64,000 nucleotides of DNA from an uncultured Chloroflexia bacterium (GTDB taxonomy: Bacteria; Chloroflexota; Limnocylindria; Limnocylindrales; CSP1-4): positions 415,491 to 479,490 of the forward strand of contig CAVPPB010000002.1 of assembly GCA_963707215.1 (NCBI GenBank), written 5' to 3'. A model generated the notes under the pieces. The model did not search any database, was not told where the DNA came from, and saw only the letters and a list, made by a program, of their open reading frames with translations. This document shows, piece by piece, positions 17,947 to 30,611 of this stretch (the stretch's first letter is position 1; each line of letters starts with the position of its first letter). The translations under genes were made by a program, and so were the position numbers.

Positions 17947-20511
17947 GTGACCCCGAACCGGGTCATCCGAGCGCGCGCGATCGGGCTGTCCGTCGTCCTG
18001 GCTCGCCGCCCCAGGCTCGAGCCGTCGCAACGCGTCTGGCTGCTGACCATCGGCCTGGCCGTAGCGGCGACGCTCGTGCTCGCGCTGTCCGGCGGCTTCC
18101 TGTCCGGACGGGCGACGTCGGCGATCCCCTGGCCGCTCATCGCCCTGGGGATGTACCTGGCCGAGGTCAAGGTCGTCGTCGTCCACTTCCGTCGCGAGAG
18201 CCACTCCTTCTCGCTGAGCGAGATCCCGGCCGTCATCGGACTCTTCCTCCTGAGCCCCATGGACTACGTGCTGGCGGCGACGATCGGACCGACCCTGGCC
18301 TTCGTCTACCCGGCCCGTCAGCCCTTCATCAAGGCGGCCTTCAACGCCGTCAACTACCTTCTCATCGCCTCGGTCTCGCTGGTCACCTTCCAGATCCTGG
18401 CGCCCGGCGGCGTCGTCGGCCAGCCGGGCGCCCAGGCCTGGCTGGCGGCCTTCGTGGCGATGCTCGTCTCCACGGTCATCAGCAGCCTGACCATCGCCTC
18501 GGTCATCACCCTGTCGGGCGGGGCGCCGCAGTTCCAGAAGATGCCGGAGATGCTCCAGTTCGGCGGTCTCGTGGCGCTCGCCAACACCAGCATCGGTCTC
18601 CTTGCCCTCGCGGTCGTCAGCGTCGACCCGGCCGGCATCTGGCTCCTGATCGTGCCCATCGCCGCGGTCTTCCTTGCCTACCGGGCCTACGTCTCGGAGC
18701 GTGAGAAGAAGGAACGCCTGGAGCTGCTCTACCAGTCGAGCCGCATCCTCCAGCACACGCCCGAGCTCGACGCGGCGCTGATCGCCTTGCTCGACCACGC
18801 CCGCGACATGTTCCGGTCCGAGCGGGTCGACTGCCGTCTCGTGCCGGCGGCCGGGGGGCCCGTCCTGCTGACCCGCTCGCTGCTCGATGTCGAGCCGATC
18901 GTCATGGAGGCCCAGCCCGAGGGTCCGGACGACGAGCTCTCGGCCGTGCTCCAGCAGCGGAGCGACGCCTTCATCTACCGGCCGGAGGCACCGGGCTCCG
19001 GGATCCGCCAGGCGATGGTCGCTCCGCTGGCCGGCGAGGACCGGCCGATCGGCCACCTCATCGTCGCCAACCGGCTGGGGGAGGCCTCCTCCTACGGGGT
19101 CGACGACCTTCGCCTCCTCGAGACGCTCGCCGGGCAGGTGGCCGTCGCCCTCCAGAACGGCCAGCTGGAGCAGTCACTCACGGAGCTGTCCCGGCTGAAG
19201 GACGAGCTCCGTCACCAGGCCTATCACGACTCCCTGACAAGGCTGGGCAACCGGGTCCTCTTCGCCGAGGCCGTCGAACAGAGTCTGGCCGTGGCCTCGG
19301 ACCTGGAGACCGTCGTCCTGTTCCTGGACCTCGACGACTTCAAGATGGTCAACGACACGATGGGTCATGCCGTCGGGGACCGGCTCCTGGGCGTCGTCGC
19401 CGAGCGCATCTCCCGGAGCGTCCGCGAGACCGATGTGGCGGCCCGCCTGGGTGGCGACGAGTTCGCGGTCCTGGTCCACGACCAGCCCGATCTCCGGGTC
19501 GCACTGGCCCTGGCCGGTCGGCTCCGCGAGGAGCTCCATCGTCCCGTCCGCCTGGGTGGCAGCGAGACGGTGGTCGACGTCAGCATCGGGATCGCCGCCG
19601 CCTCGAAGGGCGTCGGCGCCGACGAGCTGCTCCGCAACGCGGACATCGCGATGTACAAGGCCAAGACCGATGGCAAGGGCCGGGTGGCGCTCTTCGACCC
19701 GACGATCCATGCCGCCATCGTCGCCCGCCATGCCCTCGGGACGGACCTGACCCGGGGGCTCCTGCAGAACCAGTTCGAGCTCTACTACCAGCCGATCGTC
19801 GTGCTCGGGACGGGATCGATCTCGGGCTACGAGGCGCTGCTGCGCTGGCATCACCCGCAGCGCGGTCTGATCACCCCCGACGACTTCATCCGGGTGGCCG
19901 AGGAGACGGGCTCCATCGTCGACATCGGGGCCTGGGTCCTCCGGGAGGCCTGTGGGCAGGCCACGGCCTGGTCGGCCCTGCCCGGCATGGACGATCGGCT
20001 CTCGATCAGCGTCAACGTCTCGCCGCGCCAGCTCCAGGACCCGGAGTTCGTGGACCTTGTCCTGGGAGTGCTCCGCGAGACCAGCCTTCCGCCCGAGCGG
20101 CTCGTCCTCGAAGTGACCGAGACGGCGATGTTCCAGGACCCGGTCACCGTCGGCGCGAAGCTCGAGGCGCTCCGCGAGGTGGGTGTGCGGGTCGCCCTGG
20201 ACGACTTCGGCACCGGCTATGCATCGCTCAGCCATCTCCGCCGGTTCCCGGTCGACATCCTCAAGATCGCCCGCGACTTCGTCGTCGACGCCGACGCCGA
20301 AGACGACGCCTGGGCCTTCGCGGCGGCGATCGTCGCACTGGCCCGGACCCTCCAGCTCCAGGTCGTGGCGGAGGGCATCGAGCAGTCGCGCCAGGTCGAG
20401 CGGCTGCGCGGCCTCGGGTGCCAGCTGGGCCAGGGCTACTTCCTCGCCCGCCCCGCTCCGGCGGCGGTCATCGATGCTTCCATCGGCGCCGTCGGCTCGG
20501 CGACGGCCTGA
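17947..20511 (+). CDS. Multipass membrane sensor-GAF-GGDEF-EAL diguanylate cyclase/phosphodiesterase
   Basis: About 6-7 N-terminal TM helices, GAF-like region, DLDDFK..ND..GH..GD, RETD I-site, GGDEF, EALLRW, DDFGTGY, AEGIE; start 17941 or 17947. Confidence 0.93.
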   Translation: MTPNRVIRARAIGLSVVLARRPRLEPSQRVWLLTIGLAVAATLVLALSGGFLSGRATSAIPWPLIALGMYLAEVKVVVVHFRRESHSFSLSEIPAVIGLFLLSPMDYVLAATIGPTLAFVYPARQPFIKAAFNAVNYLLIASVSLVTFQILAPGGVVGQPGAQAWLAAFVAMLVSTVISSLTIASVITLSGGAPQFQKMPEMLQFGGLVALANTSIGLLALAVVSVDPAGIWLLIVPIAAVFLAYRAYVSEREKKERLELLYQSSRILQHTPELDAALIALLDHARDMFRSERVDCRLVPAAGGPVLLTRSLLDVEPIVMEAQPEGPDDELSAVLQQRSDAFIYRPEAPGSGIRQAMVAPLAGEDRPIGHLIVANRLGEASSYGVDDLRLLETLAGQVAVALQNGQLEQSLTELSRLKDELRHQAYHDSLTRLGNRVLFAEAVEQSLAVASDLETVVLFLDLDDFKMVNDTMGHAVGDRLLGVVAERISRSVRETDVAARLGGDEFAVLVHDQPDLRVALALAGRLREELHRPVRLGGSETVVDVSIGIAAASKGVGADELLRNADIAMYKAKTDGKGRVALFDPTIHAAIVARHALGTDLTRGLLQNQFELYYQPIVVLGTGSISGYEALLRWHHPQRGLITPDDFIRVAEETGSIVDIGAWVLREACGQATAWSALPGMDDRLSISVNVSPRQLQDPEFVDLVLGVLRETSLPPERLVLEVTETAMFQDPVTVGAKLEALREVGVRVALDDFGTGYASLSHLRRFPVDILKIARDFVVDADAEDDAWAFAAAIVALARTLQLQVVAEGIEQSRQVERLRGLGCQLGQGYFLARPAPAAVIDASIGAVGSATA

Positions 20512-20526
20512 GCCGGGAGGTCCGAT

Positions 20527-20557
20527 TTGACGCTCACCCGCGTTCCCCTGCTAGACT
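20527..20557 (+). promoter_or_regulatory. Putative sigma70-type promoter of the ilv-leu operon
   Basis: TTGACG (20527-32) and extended -10 TGcTAGACT (20549-57); the 19-nt spacer is long. Confidence 0.5.
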
Positions 20558-20681
20558 GCGCAGACCACCGCGGGGAGACCGCGGAGGCCGCGCTACGGAG
20601 ACCAGGGGCTTGGGTCACTTCTCGGACCGGGATCGCCGCCATGTCGCCATCGTCGTGACCAGCGACGGCCGGCGCGTGCCG

Positions 20682-20810
20682 ATGCCCACCGACTCAGGCC
20701 TGATCGACCTCCCCATCGTCGGCTCGCTCCTTCTCGGGCTCGAGAGCCTTCTCGGGCTCATCACCGGCTCCCGGCGGGAGAACGGAGGGACGCGGAAGAC
20801 GGGCCGCTAG
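20682..20810 (+). CDS. Leu/Ile/Val-rich attenuator leader peptide
   Basis: MPTDSGLIDLPIVGSLLLGLESLLGLITGSRRENGGTRKTGR; alternative in-frame TTG start at 20610; includes CTT Leu codons, uncommon in this GC-rich DNA. Confidence 0.7.
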   Translation: MPTDSGLIDLPIVGSLLLGLESLLGLITGSRRENGGTRKTGR

Positions 20811-20832
20811 CGCGGACGGAGACCGAAGACCG

Positions 20833-20864
20833 AAGGGACCCTCGCCGGGAGGCGAGGGTCTTTT
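20833..20864 (+). terminator. Attenuator terminator upstream of ilvB
   Basis: GACCCTCGCC-ggga-GGCGAGGGTC-TTTT; complementary antiterminator CTCCCGGCGGG at 20768-20778. Confidence 0.82.
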
Positions 20865-20952
20865 GCATGCCGGGAGACGGCGCCGAACGGCTCGGCGGGT
20901 CGACCGGGACGGGGCGGGGCCCCGGAGCGGATCGAGAGGGCGGGTGATCACG

Positions 20953-22836
20953 ATGACGAAGGGCGAAGGAGCGGCAAGTCCGGCGCCGCCGGATGCCCCG
21001 TCGACGGCGACCGGCGGCGAGCGCCGCAGCCACGTCCCAGCGGCCGGGACGGCCCATGCGGCGGCGGTCGAGAAGGCCCAGCGCGACATGCTCCACGAGG
21101 CTGCTCCCCGGAAACGGACCCGGATCGGCGCGGACGTCGTCTGCGAGGCCCTGATCGGCCAGGGCGTCGACGTCTTCTTCAGCTACCCGGGCGGCGTCAT
21201 CCTGCCCCTCTACGACGTCCTCGGCGACTACCCGGAACTCCGCCACGTCCTCGTCCGTCACGAGCAGGGCGGCGCCCACGCCGCCGACGGCTACGCCCGG
21301 GCCACCGGCAGGGTCGGCGTCTGCATGGGCACATCGGGCCCCGGCGCCACCAACCTGGTCACCGGCCTGGCCACGGCGATGCTCGACTCGGTGCCGATGG
21401 TCGCCATCACCGGCAACGTGCCGGGGGCCCTCATCGGCAAGGACGCCTTCCAGGAGATCGACATCACCGGCATCACCCTGCCGATGACGAAGCACAACTA
21501 CCTGGTCCGCGACGCGGAGGACCTGCCGCGCGTCCTCGCCGAGGCCTTCCACATCGCCCGCACCGGCCGACCCGGCCCGGTCCACGTCGACATCACCAAG
21601 GACGCCCTCCAGCAGGAGACGGCGGCTCCGCACCCGACGATCGAGGAGGTCAAGGCGGGCCTGCCCGGCTTCCGGCCGACCTTCGACGGCCATCCCCGCC
21701 AGATCAAGGTGGCGGCCCGGGAGGTCGCCTCGGCCCGCCGGCCGGTCATCCTGGCCGGTCACGGCATCCTGATCGCCGGGGCCGAGGCCGAGCTCCTCGA
21801 GCTGGCCGAGAAGGCCCGCATCCCGATCACCTGGACCCTCCTGGGGATCGGCGCCGTGGACGAGACCCACCCGCTCGCCTACGGCTACATGGGCATGCAC
21901 GGCTGGAAGCACGTCAACCGCGCCATCCAGTCGGCCGACCTGCTCATCGCCCTGGGGATGCGCTTCGACGACCGGGTGACCGGCAACGTCAAGACGTACG
22001 CCCCGCACGCCAGGATCATCCATGTCGATCTCGACCCCTCCGAGATCGGCAAGAACGTGGCCGTCGAGGTCCCCATCGTCGGCGACGTCAAGCGCGTCCT
22101 GAAGGCCATGATCCCGATGATCGACGAGGTCGATCCCGCCGAGCGCGAGGCCTACCTGGCCGAGCTGGCCGAGTGGCGTGAGGAGTCCGAGGGCACCAGC
22201 TGGCACGGCTCGGGCGCCTGGCGCGACGGCTACCTCTCGGCCGACTACGTGATCGAGCGACTCGGTGAGCTGACCGACCATGACGCGACGTACGTCGCCG
22301 ACGTCGGCCAGCACCAGATGTGGCTGGCTCGCTACTGCGGCTTCCGGCGGCCCGGCTCGCACCTCTCGTCGGGCGGCCTCGGGACGATGGGCTACAGCAT
22401 GCCGGCGGCGATGGGCGCAGCCCTGGGCCGACCGGACAAGGAGACCTGGGCCATCTGTGGCGACGGGGGCTTCCAGATGACCCTCCAGGAGCTGGCCACC
22501 CTGGTCCAGGACGACATCCCGGTGAAGATCGCCCTGATGGACAACAAGAAGCTCGGGATGATCCGCCAGTGGCAGGAGATCGTCTACGCGGGCAACTATC
22601 ACTCGTCGAACATGCTGGGGCCCGACTACCTCAAGCTGGCCGACGCCTACGGCATCCCGGGCTTCAAGGCCTCGACGCCCGAGGAGGTCGACCCGGCCAT
22701 CCGGGCCGCCCAGGCGGCCGACGGCCCGGCGCTCGTCTGGTTCGAGACCGCCGAGTCGCAGAACGTCTACCCGATGATGCCGGCCGGCAAGGGCCTCTCC
22801 GACCTCATCGAGAAGTGGAACGAGCCCGAGGAATGA
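20953..22836 (+). CDS. ilvB: Acetolactate synthase large subunit (biosynthetic)
   Basis: YPGG..LP.YD, RHEQG..HAADGYARATG, TSGPGATN, FQE.D, GMHG, RFDDRVTG, GDGGFQM. Confidence 0.95.
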   Translation: MTKGEGAASPAPPDAPSTATGGERRSHVPAAGTAHAAAVEKAQRDMLHEAAPRKRTRIGADVVCEALIGQGVDVFFSYPGGVILPLYDVLGDYPELRHVLVRHEQGGAHAADGYARATGRVGVCMGTSGPGATNLVTGLATAMLDSVPMVAITGNVPGALIGKDAFQEIDITGITLPMTKHNYLVRDAEDLPRVLAEAFHIARTGRPGPVHVDITKDALQQETAAPHPTIEEVKAGLPGFRPTFDGHPRQIKVAAREVASARRPVILAGHGILIAGAEAELLELAEKARIPITWTLLGIGAVDETHPLAYGYMGMHGWKHVNRAIQSADLLIALGMRFDDRVTGNVKTYAPHARIIHVDLDPSEIGKNVAVEVPIVGDVKRVLKAMIPMIDEVDPAEREAYLAELAEWREESEGTSWHGSGAWRDGYLSADYVIERLGELTDHDATYVADVGQHQMWLARYCGFRRPGSHLSSGGLGTMGYSMPAAMGAALGRPDKETWAICGDGGFQMTLQELATLVQDDIPVKIALMDNKKLGMIRQWQEIVYAGNYHSSNMLGPDYLKLADAYGIPGFKASTPEEVDPAIRAAQAADGPALVWFETAESQNVYPMMPAGKGLSDLIEKWNEPEE

Positions 22837-23452
22837 GCGGACGATCCGGCGGCGATCCCGCCACCACCGCATCCGGCCCGACCGCCGCGCCGACCCCGGC
22901 GCCGGCCCACAGCGCGCCGCCCTCGCGGGCCGTCCCCGGCACGGGCGAGCACCACCGCCACGTCCTGGTGACCGTGGTCATGAACCGGCCCGGCGTCCTG
23001 AACCGCGTCGCCTCGCTGATGCGGGCCCGCAACTTCAACATCGAGTCGCTGGCGGTGAACCACACCGATGATCCCGAGATCAGCCGGATGACGATCACCC
23101 TCTACGGCGACGACGTGGCCGTAGAGCAGGCGACCAAGCAGCTCTACCGGCTCATCGACGTGCTCAAGGTCCAGGACGTCACCAGCGACCCGACCGTCGA
23201 GCACGAGCTGGCGCTCGTCAAGGTCCGGGCCACCGACCGGGCCCGGGCCGAGGTCCTCAAGGTCGTCGAGCTCTCGAAGGGCCGGGTCGTGGACCTCTCG
23301 CCGGACTCGGTCATCGTCGAGGTGACCGGAACGGAAGCCGAGGTGGACGCGGCCATCGCGCTCCTCCGCGGCTTCGGCATCAAGGAGCTCATCCGGACCG
23401 GGACCGTGGTCATGTCGCGGGGCTCGGGATCCATCGAGGAGGCGATCAAGCG

Positions 23453-23456
<4 letters not shown>
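22833..23456 (+). CDS. ilvN: Acetolactate synthase small subunit
   Basis: [37 protein letters not shown]; ATGA overlap with ilvB. Confidence 0.93.
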
Positions 23457-24501
<1,045 letters not shown>

Positions 24502-24502
<1 letters not shown>

Positions 24503-26139
24503 TGCCGACGCCCACTCCCCGTCCGGCCGGGCCGTTCGTGGCCCCCGGCAGCGTCCGCATCTTCGACACGACCCTCCGCGACGGCGAGCAGGCACCGGGC
24601 GCCGGCCTGACCGCGGCCGAGAAGCTGGAGGTCGCCCGCCAGCTCATGCGCCTCAAGGTCGACGTCATCGAGGCCGGCTTCCCGGCCGCCTCGCCGGGCG
24701 ATTTCGAGGCGGTCCGGCGGATCGCCCAGGAGGCCAGGGACGTCGCGGTCGCCGCCCTGGCCCGCTGCCGTGACGGCGACCCACAGCGAGCCATCGACGC
24801 CATCAAGGTCACCGAGCGGCCGCACCTCCACGTCTTCATCGCGACCTCGGACATCCACCTGAAGCACAAGCTCCGGCTCTCCCGCGACGAGGCCCTGGCC
24901 GAGGCGGTCCGCTGGGTCCGCCACGGTCGCGAGCAGCTCGGCCGTGACGCCGAGATCGAGTTCAGCGCCGAGGATGCCTCGCGGACCGACGTCGAGTACC
25001 TCATGCAGGTCTACGAGGCAGTCGTGGACGCCGGCGCGTCGACGGTCAACATCCCCGACACGGTCGGCTACGCGATCCCCGAGGAGTTCGGCCAGCTCGT
25101 CGGCCGGGTCGTCGACCTGGTCGGTCGCGACGCTACCGTCAGCGTCCACTGCCACAACGACCTCGGATTGGCCACGGCCAACACGCTGGCCGCCGTCCAG
25201 GCCGGCGCCCGCCAGGTGGAGGTCACCATCAACGGTCTCGGCGAGCGGGCCGGCAACGCGTCGCTCGAGGAGGTCGTCATGGCCCTCCGGACGCGGCCCA
25301 CCCAGTTCCCCGATCTGGGCAGTCGGGTCCAGACCGAGCAGATCACGGCGGCCAGCCGGCTGGTGAGCTACCTGACCGGCTTCAACATCCAGCCCAACAA
25401 GGCGATCGTCGGCGGCAACGCCTTCGCCCACGAATCCGGGATCCACCAGGACGGGGTCATCAAGAACCCGCTGACCTACGAGATCATGACCCCCCAGTCG
25501 GTCGGCCTGACCGGCAGCCAGCTCACGATCGGCAAGCTGTCGGGTCGAAAGGGGCTCCAGGCCAAGCTCAAGGCCCTCGGCTACGACATGGACGGCGACC
25601 GGCTCGATGCGCTCTATCGCTCGGCGATCGAGCTGGCCGACCGCAAGAAGGAGGTCACCGAGGCCGACCTGCTCGCGCTCGTCGAGCAGCAGTCCTCGGA
25701 CGTCCCGGCGTCGGCCGAGCTGCTCGGCTGGAGCGTCACCAGCTCCAAGGGCGGCAAGGCCACCGGCTCGGTCTCGCTGCTCGTCAGCGGCGAGGAACGG
25801 TCGGCGGAGGCGATCGGCAACGGCCCGGTCAACGCGCTCTACCGCTCGGTCGACGAGGCCGTCGACCCGGTCTTCGGCTGGCATCCGACGCTGACCGAGT
25901 ACGAGATCAAGGCCGTCTCTGCCGGCGAGGACGCCCAGGGACAGGTGGTCATCCACTGCCGTCGCTCGACCGACGACGGGCCAGGGGCGCTCGTCGTCAC
26001 CGGCCAGGGCCTCTCGACGGACATCATCGAGGCCTCGCTCGACGCCTACCTCGTGGCCGTCAACAAGCTCCGCGGGGCGGAGATCGAGCCGGTCGCCGGG
26101 GCCTTCGCCGCCCAGCGCTCCGCCGAGGGGCTGCCGTGA
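24502..26139 (+). CDS. leuA: 2-isopropylmalate synthase
   Basis: FDTTLRDGEQ, HCHNDLG, GERAGN, FAHESGIHQDG, C-terminal GNGPV regulatory domain. Confidence 0.95.
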
Positions 26140-27338
26140 GCGACACCGAGGCCGATCTCGCCCGAGGCGCGGCCGGCGCTCCGGCCGAGGCGGCCCCGAC
26201 CTATCGCATCGCCACGATCCCGGGCGACGGGGTCGGGCCGGACGTGGTGGCGGCCGCCCGCGCCGTCGTCGACTCGGTGGCGGCCGCCGACGGGTTCGTC
26301 GTCGCCTGGTCGGAACACCTCGTCGGCGGCATCGCCATCGACACCTTCGGGGTGCCGATCCGCGACGAGGACCTGGCCGCCTGCGGAGCCTCCGACGCCA
26401 TCCTCCTGGGCGCGGTTGGCGGGCCCCGGTGGGACGACCCGAACGCCAGCGTCCGCCCGGAGCAGGCCCTCTTCGCCCTCCGCGGCGGGTTCGAGCTCTA
26501 CGCGAACCTGCGCCCGGTCGCCGTCCACCCGGCCCTTGTCCCCGCGTCGCCGCTCCGCCCGGAGCGCCTCCAGGGCGTCGACGTCCTCATCGTCCGCGAG
26601 CTGACCGGGGGGCTCTACTTCGGGCGCCCGAGCGAGGAGCGAGCGACGCCCCAGGGCCGCGTCGCCGTCGACACGCTCTGGTACAGCGAGGGCGAGATCC
26701 GGCGGGTCATCCGGCTCGCCTTCGAGCTGGCCCGGGGCCGACGCGGCCGGGTGACCCAGGTCGACAAGGCCAACGTCCTCGCCTCGTCGCGACTCTGGCG
26801 CAAGGTCGCCGAGGAGACCCGGGCCGACTTCCCGGACGTCGAGCTGGAGCACCGCCTGGTGGACGCCGCGGCGATGCTCCTGGTGACTCGGCCGGCAGCC
26901 TTCGACGTCCTCGTCACCGAGAACCTCTTCGGCGACATCCTGTCCGACGAGGCCAGCGTCCTGGCCGGCTCGCTGGGGATGCTGCCGTCCGCCTCGCTGG
27001 GGACGCGCGAGACCGCCCACGGTCGCTTCGGCCTCTACGAACCCATCCACGGGTCGGCGCCGGACATCGCGGGCCGCGACCTGGCAAACCCGATCGGGAC
27101 CGTCCTGTCAGCCGCCATGCTCCTGCGCTGGTCGCTCGGCCGGGAGGCTGCCGCGGCCGCCGTCGAAGCCGCCGTGGGGCAGGCCCTCGACGACGGCTTC
27201 CGGACCCGTGACCTGCTCATCCCGGGTCGCGAGGACGCGGCCGAGGCCGACGGGCTCCGACTCGTCGGGACGACGGACATGACCCGGGCGATCGTCGACC
27301 GCATCGCGATCCCCCGGCCGGTGCCGGGCGACCGGTGA
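26136..27338 (+). CDS. leuB: 3-isopropylmalate dehydrogenase
   Basis: GDGVGP, RELTGGLYFG, DKANVL, ENLFGDILSDEA, EPIHGSAPDIAG. Confidence 0.96.
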   Translation: MSDTEADLARGAAGAPAEAAPTYRIATIPGDGVGPDVVAAARAVVDSVAAADGFVVAWSEHLVGGIAIDTFGVPIRDEDLAACGASDAILLGAVGGPRWDDPNASVRPEQALFALRGGFELYANLRPVAVHPALVPASPLRPERLQGVDVLIVRELTGGLYFGRPSEERATPQGRVAVDTLWYSEGEIRRVIRLAFELARGRRGRVTQVDKANVLASSRLWRKVAEETRADFPDVELEHRLVDAAAMLLVTRPAAFDVLVTENLFGDILSDEASVLAGSLGMLPSASLGTRETAHGRFGLYEPIHGSAPDIAGRDLANPIGTVLSAAMLLRWSLGREAAAAAVEAAVGQALDDGFRTRDLLIPGREDAAEADGLRLVGTTDMTRAIVDRIAIPRPVPGDR

Positions 27339-27390
27339 CCGGCCGAGCCACGATGCGACCATCCGACGATCCGTGGGAGCCGACCCCGCC

Positions 27391-29117
<1,727 letters not shown>

Positions 29118-29121
<4 letters not shown>

Positions 29122-29666
29122 CCGTGGACACGACGACCGGCAGCGCGACCCCCGGGGCGGCCCTGCGGCTGGTCCGCTGGACCGTCACCTCGGGCAGCAG
29201 CACGCAGAGCCGTGGCGCGGTCGTGCTCCGTGCCGCCGAGCATCGATGGGAGGCGGCTGCCGAGGGCAACGGCCCGATCGACGCCCTCTTCAACGCCGTC
29301 GACCGGGCGATCGCCGACATCCTGGCCGGCCATCCGAGGCTGCTCGCCTACGACATCCACGCCCTGGCCGAGGGGCCCGACGCCGAGGGCGAGGTGCGGG
29401 TCGAGATCGGCCCTCCGGCCGAGGCCGCCGGGGAGCGCGCGGCCGGCACGTTCACCGGTGTCGCCCGGAGCACGAACATCGTGGCCGCCTCGATCGAGGC
29501 CTACATCCAGGCCCTCGAGGCGCTGCTGGGCCAGGCGCCCTGGGCGGGAGCCGCCGAGGCGGCCGCGGACCGGCGGGGCCGGCCCAGCCCGGACCGCGGC
29601 GCCGAGCGGACCGAGCTCGACGAGAACGCGGGCGGGATCGACACGACGGACTGGTTCAACCGCTGA
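29118..29666 (+). CDS. Stand-alone LeuA-type allosteric/dimerisation domain protein
   Basis: WTVTSG, EGNGPIDALF.AVD, L..YDIHAL.EG.DA.G.V, STNIV.AS..AY; parallels the LeuA C-terminus; GTGA overlap with cimA. Confidence 0.8.
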
Positions 29667-29701
29667 CCGGACCAGCGCTGACGACCGCTAGACTCGAGAC
29701 G

Positions 29702-30550
29702 ATGCCGACCGAACCGCCGATCGCCTACGCTGGCGAGCCCGGCGCCTTCGCCGAGGACGCCGTCCTGGCCTACTTCGGCGAGATCCCGAGGGTCCCCGTC
29801 GGGAGCTTCCGGGACGTCTTCGCGGCCGTCGAGGATCGCCGGGCCAGCGCCGGCGTCGTTCCCATCGAGAACCTCGTCAACGGGACCGTTCGAGAGAACT
29901 ACGATCTGCTGCTGGAGCACGACCTGCGGATCGTCGGGGAGGCGGTGGTTCCGGTCCGTCTCTGCCTGGCCGCGTTGCCGGGTCAGCCGCTCGAGTCGAT
30001 CGAGCGGGTCTATTCGCACGTCCAGGCCCTCGGCCAGGCCGAGGTCTTCCTGCGGACCCGTCCGTGGACGCTCCTGACGACGTACAACACCGCCGGCGCC
30101 GGCAGGTCGATCGTCGAGCGCGGGGAGCGCGGGGCGGCTGCCGTCCTGTCGCCCCGGGCCGCTGCCCTCCTCGACCTCGAGGTCCTCGCGGACGGCATCC
30201 AGGCGGTCCCCGACAATCGGACCCGCTTCCTCGTGCTGGCCCGGCCGGACGCGGTCGTGGCGGCCCGGGTCGGCGAGGCCGCCGCCCACCGGACGACCCT
30301 GGTCATCTCGGTCACCAACGAGCCCGGGACGCTCCTGGCGGTCCTCCGGATCTTCGCCGAGCGCGGCATCAACCTCTCCAAGCTGGAGTCGCGACCGCGC
30401 GTCGACCGGGCCTGGGAGTACGTCTTCTGGATCGACCTCGACGTGGCGGCGACCGACCGGGCCTTCGGTGAAGCGCTGGAGGCGCTCGGTCCGGTCACCA
30501 CGATGGTCCGGCTGCTCGGCTCGTACCCGCGGGCCGCCGAGCCCGGCTAG
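29702..30550 (+). CDS. pheA: Prephenate dehydratase (PDT + ACT)
   Basis: AYAGEPGAF, VVPIEN...G.V, SHVQALGQ, NRTRF, NLSKLESRP, LLGSYP. Confidence 0.92.
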   Translation: MPTEPPIAYAGEPGAFAEDAVLAYFGEIPRVPVGSFRDVFAAVEDRRASAGVVPIENLVNGTVRENYDLLLEHDLRIVGEAVVPVRLCLAALPGQPLESIERVYSHVQALGQAEVFLRTRPWTLLTTYNTAGAGRSIVERGERGAAAVLSPRAAALLDLEVLADGIQAVPDNRTRFLVLARPDAVVAARVGEAAAHRTTLVISVTNEPGTLLAVLRIFAERGINLSKLESRPRVDRAWEYVFWIDLDVAATDRAFGEALEALGPVTTMVRLLGSYPRAAEPG

Positions 30551-30611
30551 CCGAGGGCTTCGGCTGGTCCCGACGCGACCCCCGGGATCACCCGCGGCCC
30601 GGGCGAGGTGA

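Noticed and set aside
20560-20864. T-box riboswitch before ilvB
   Set aside because: No TGGnACC antiterminator T-box motif seen; a leader peptide plus terminator explains the region
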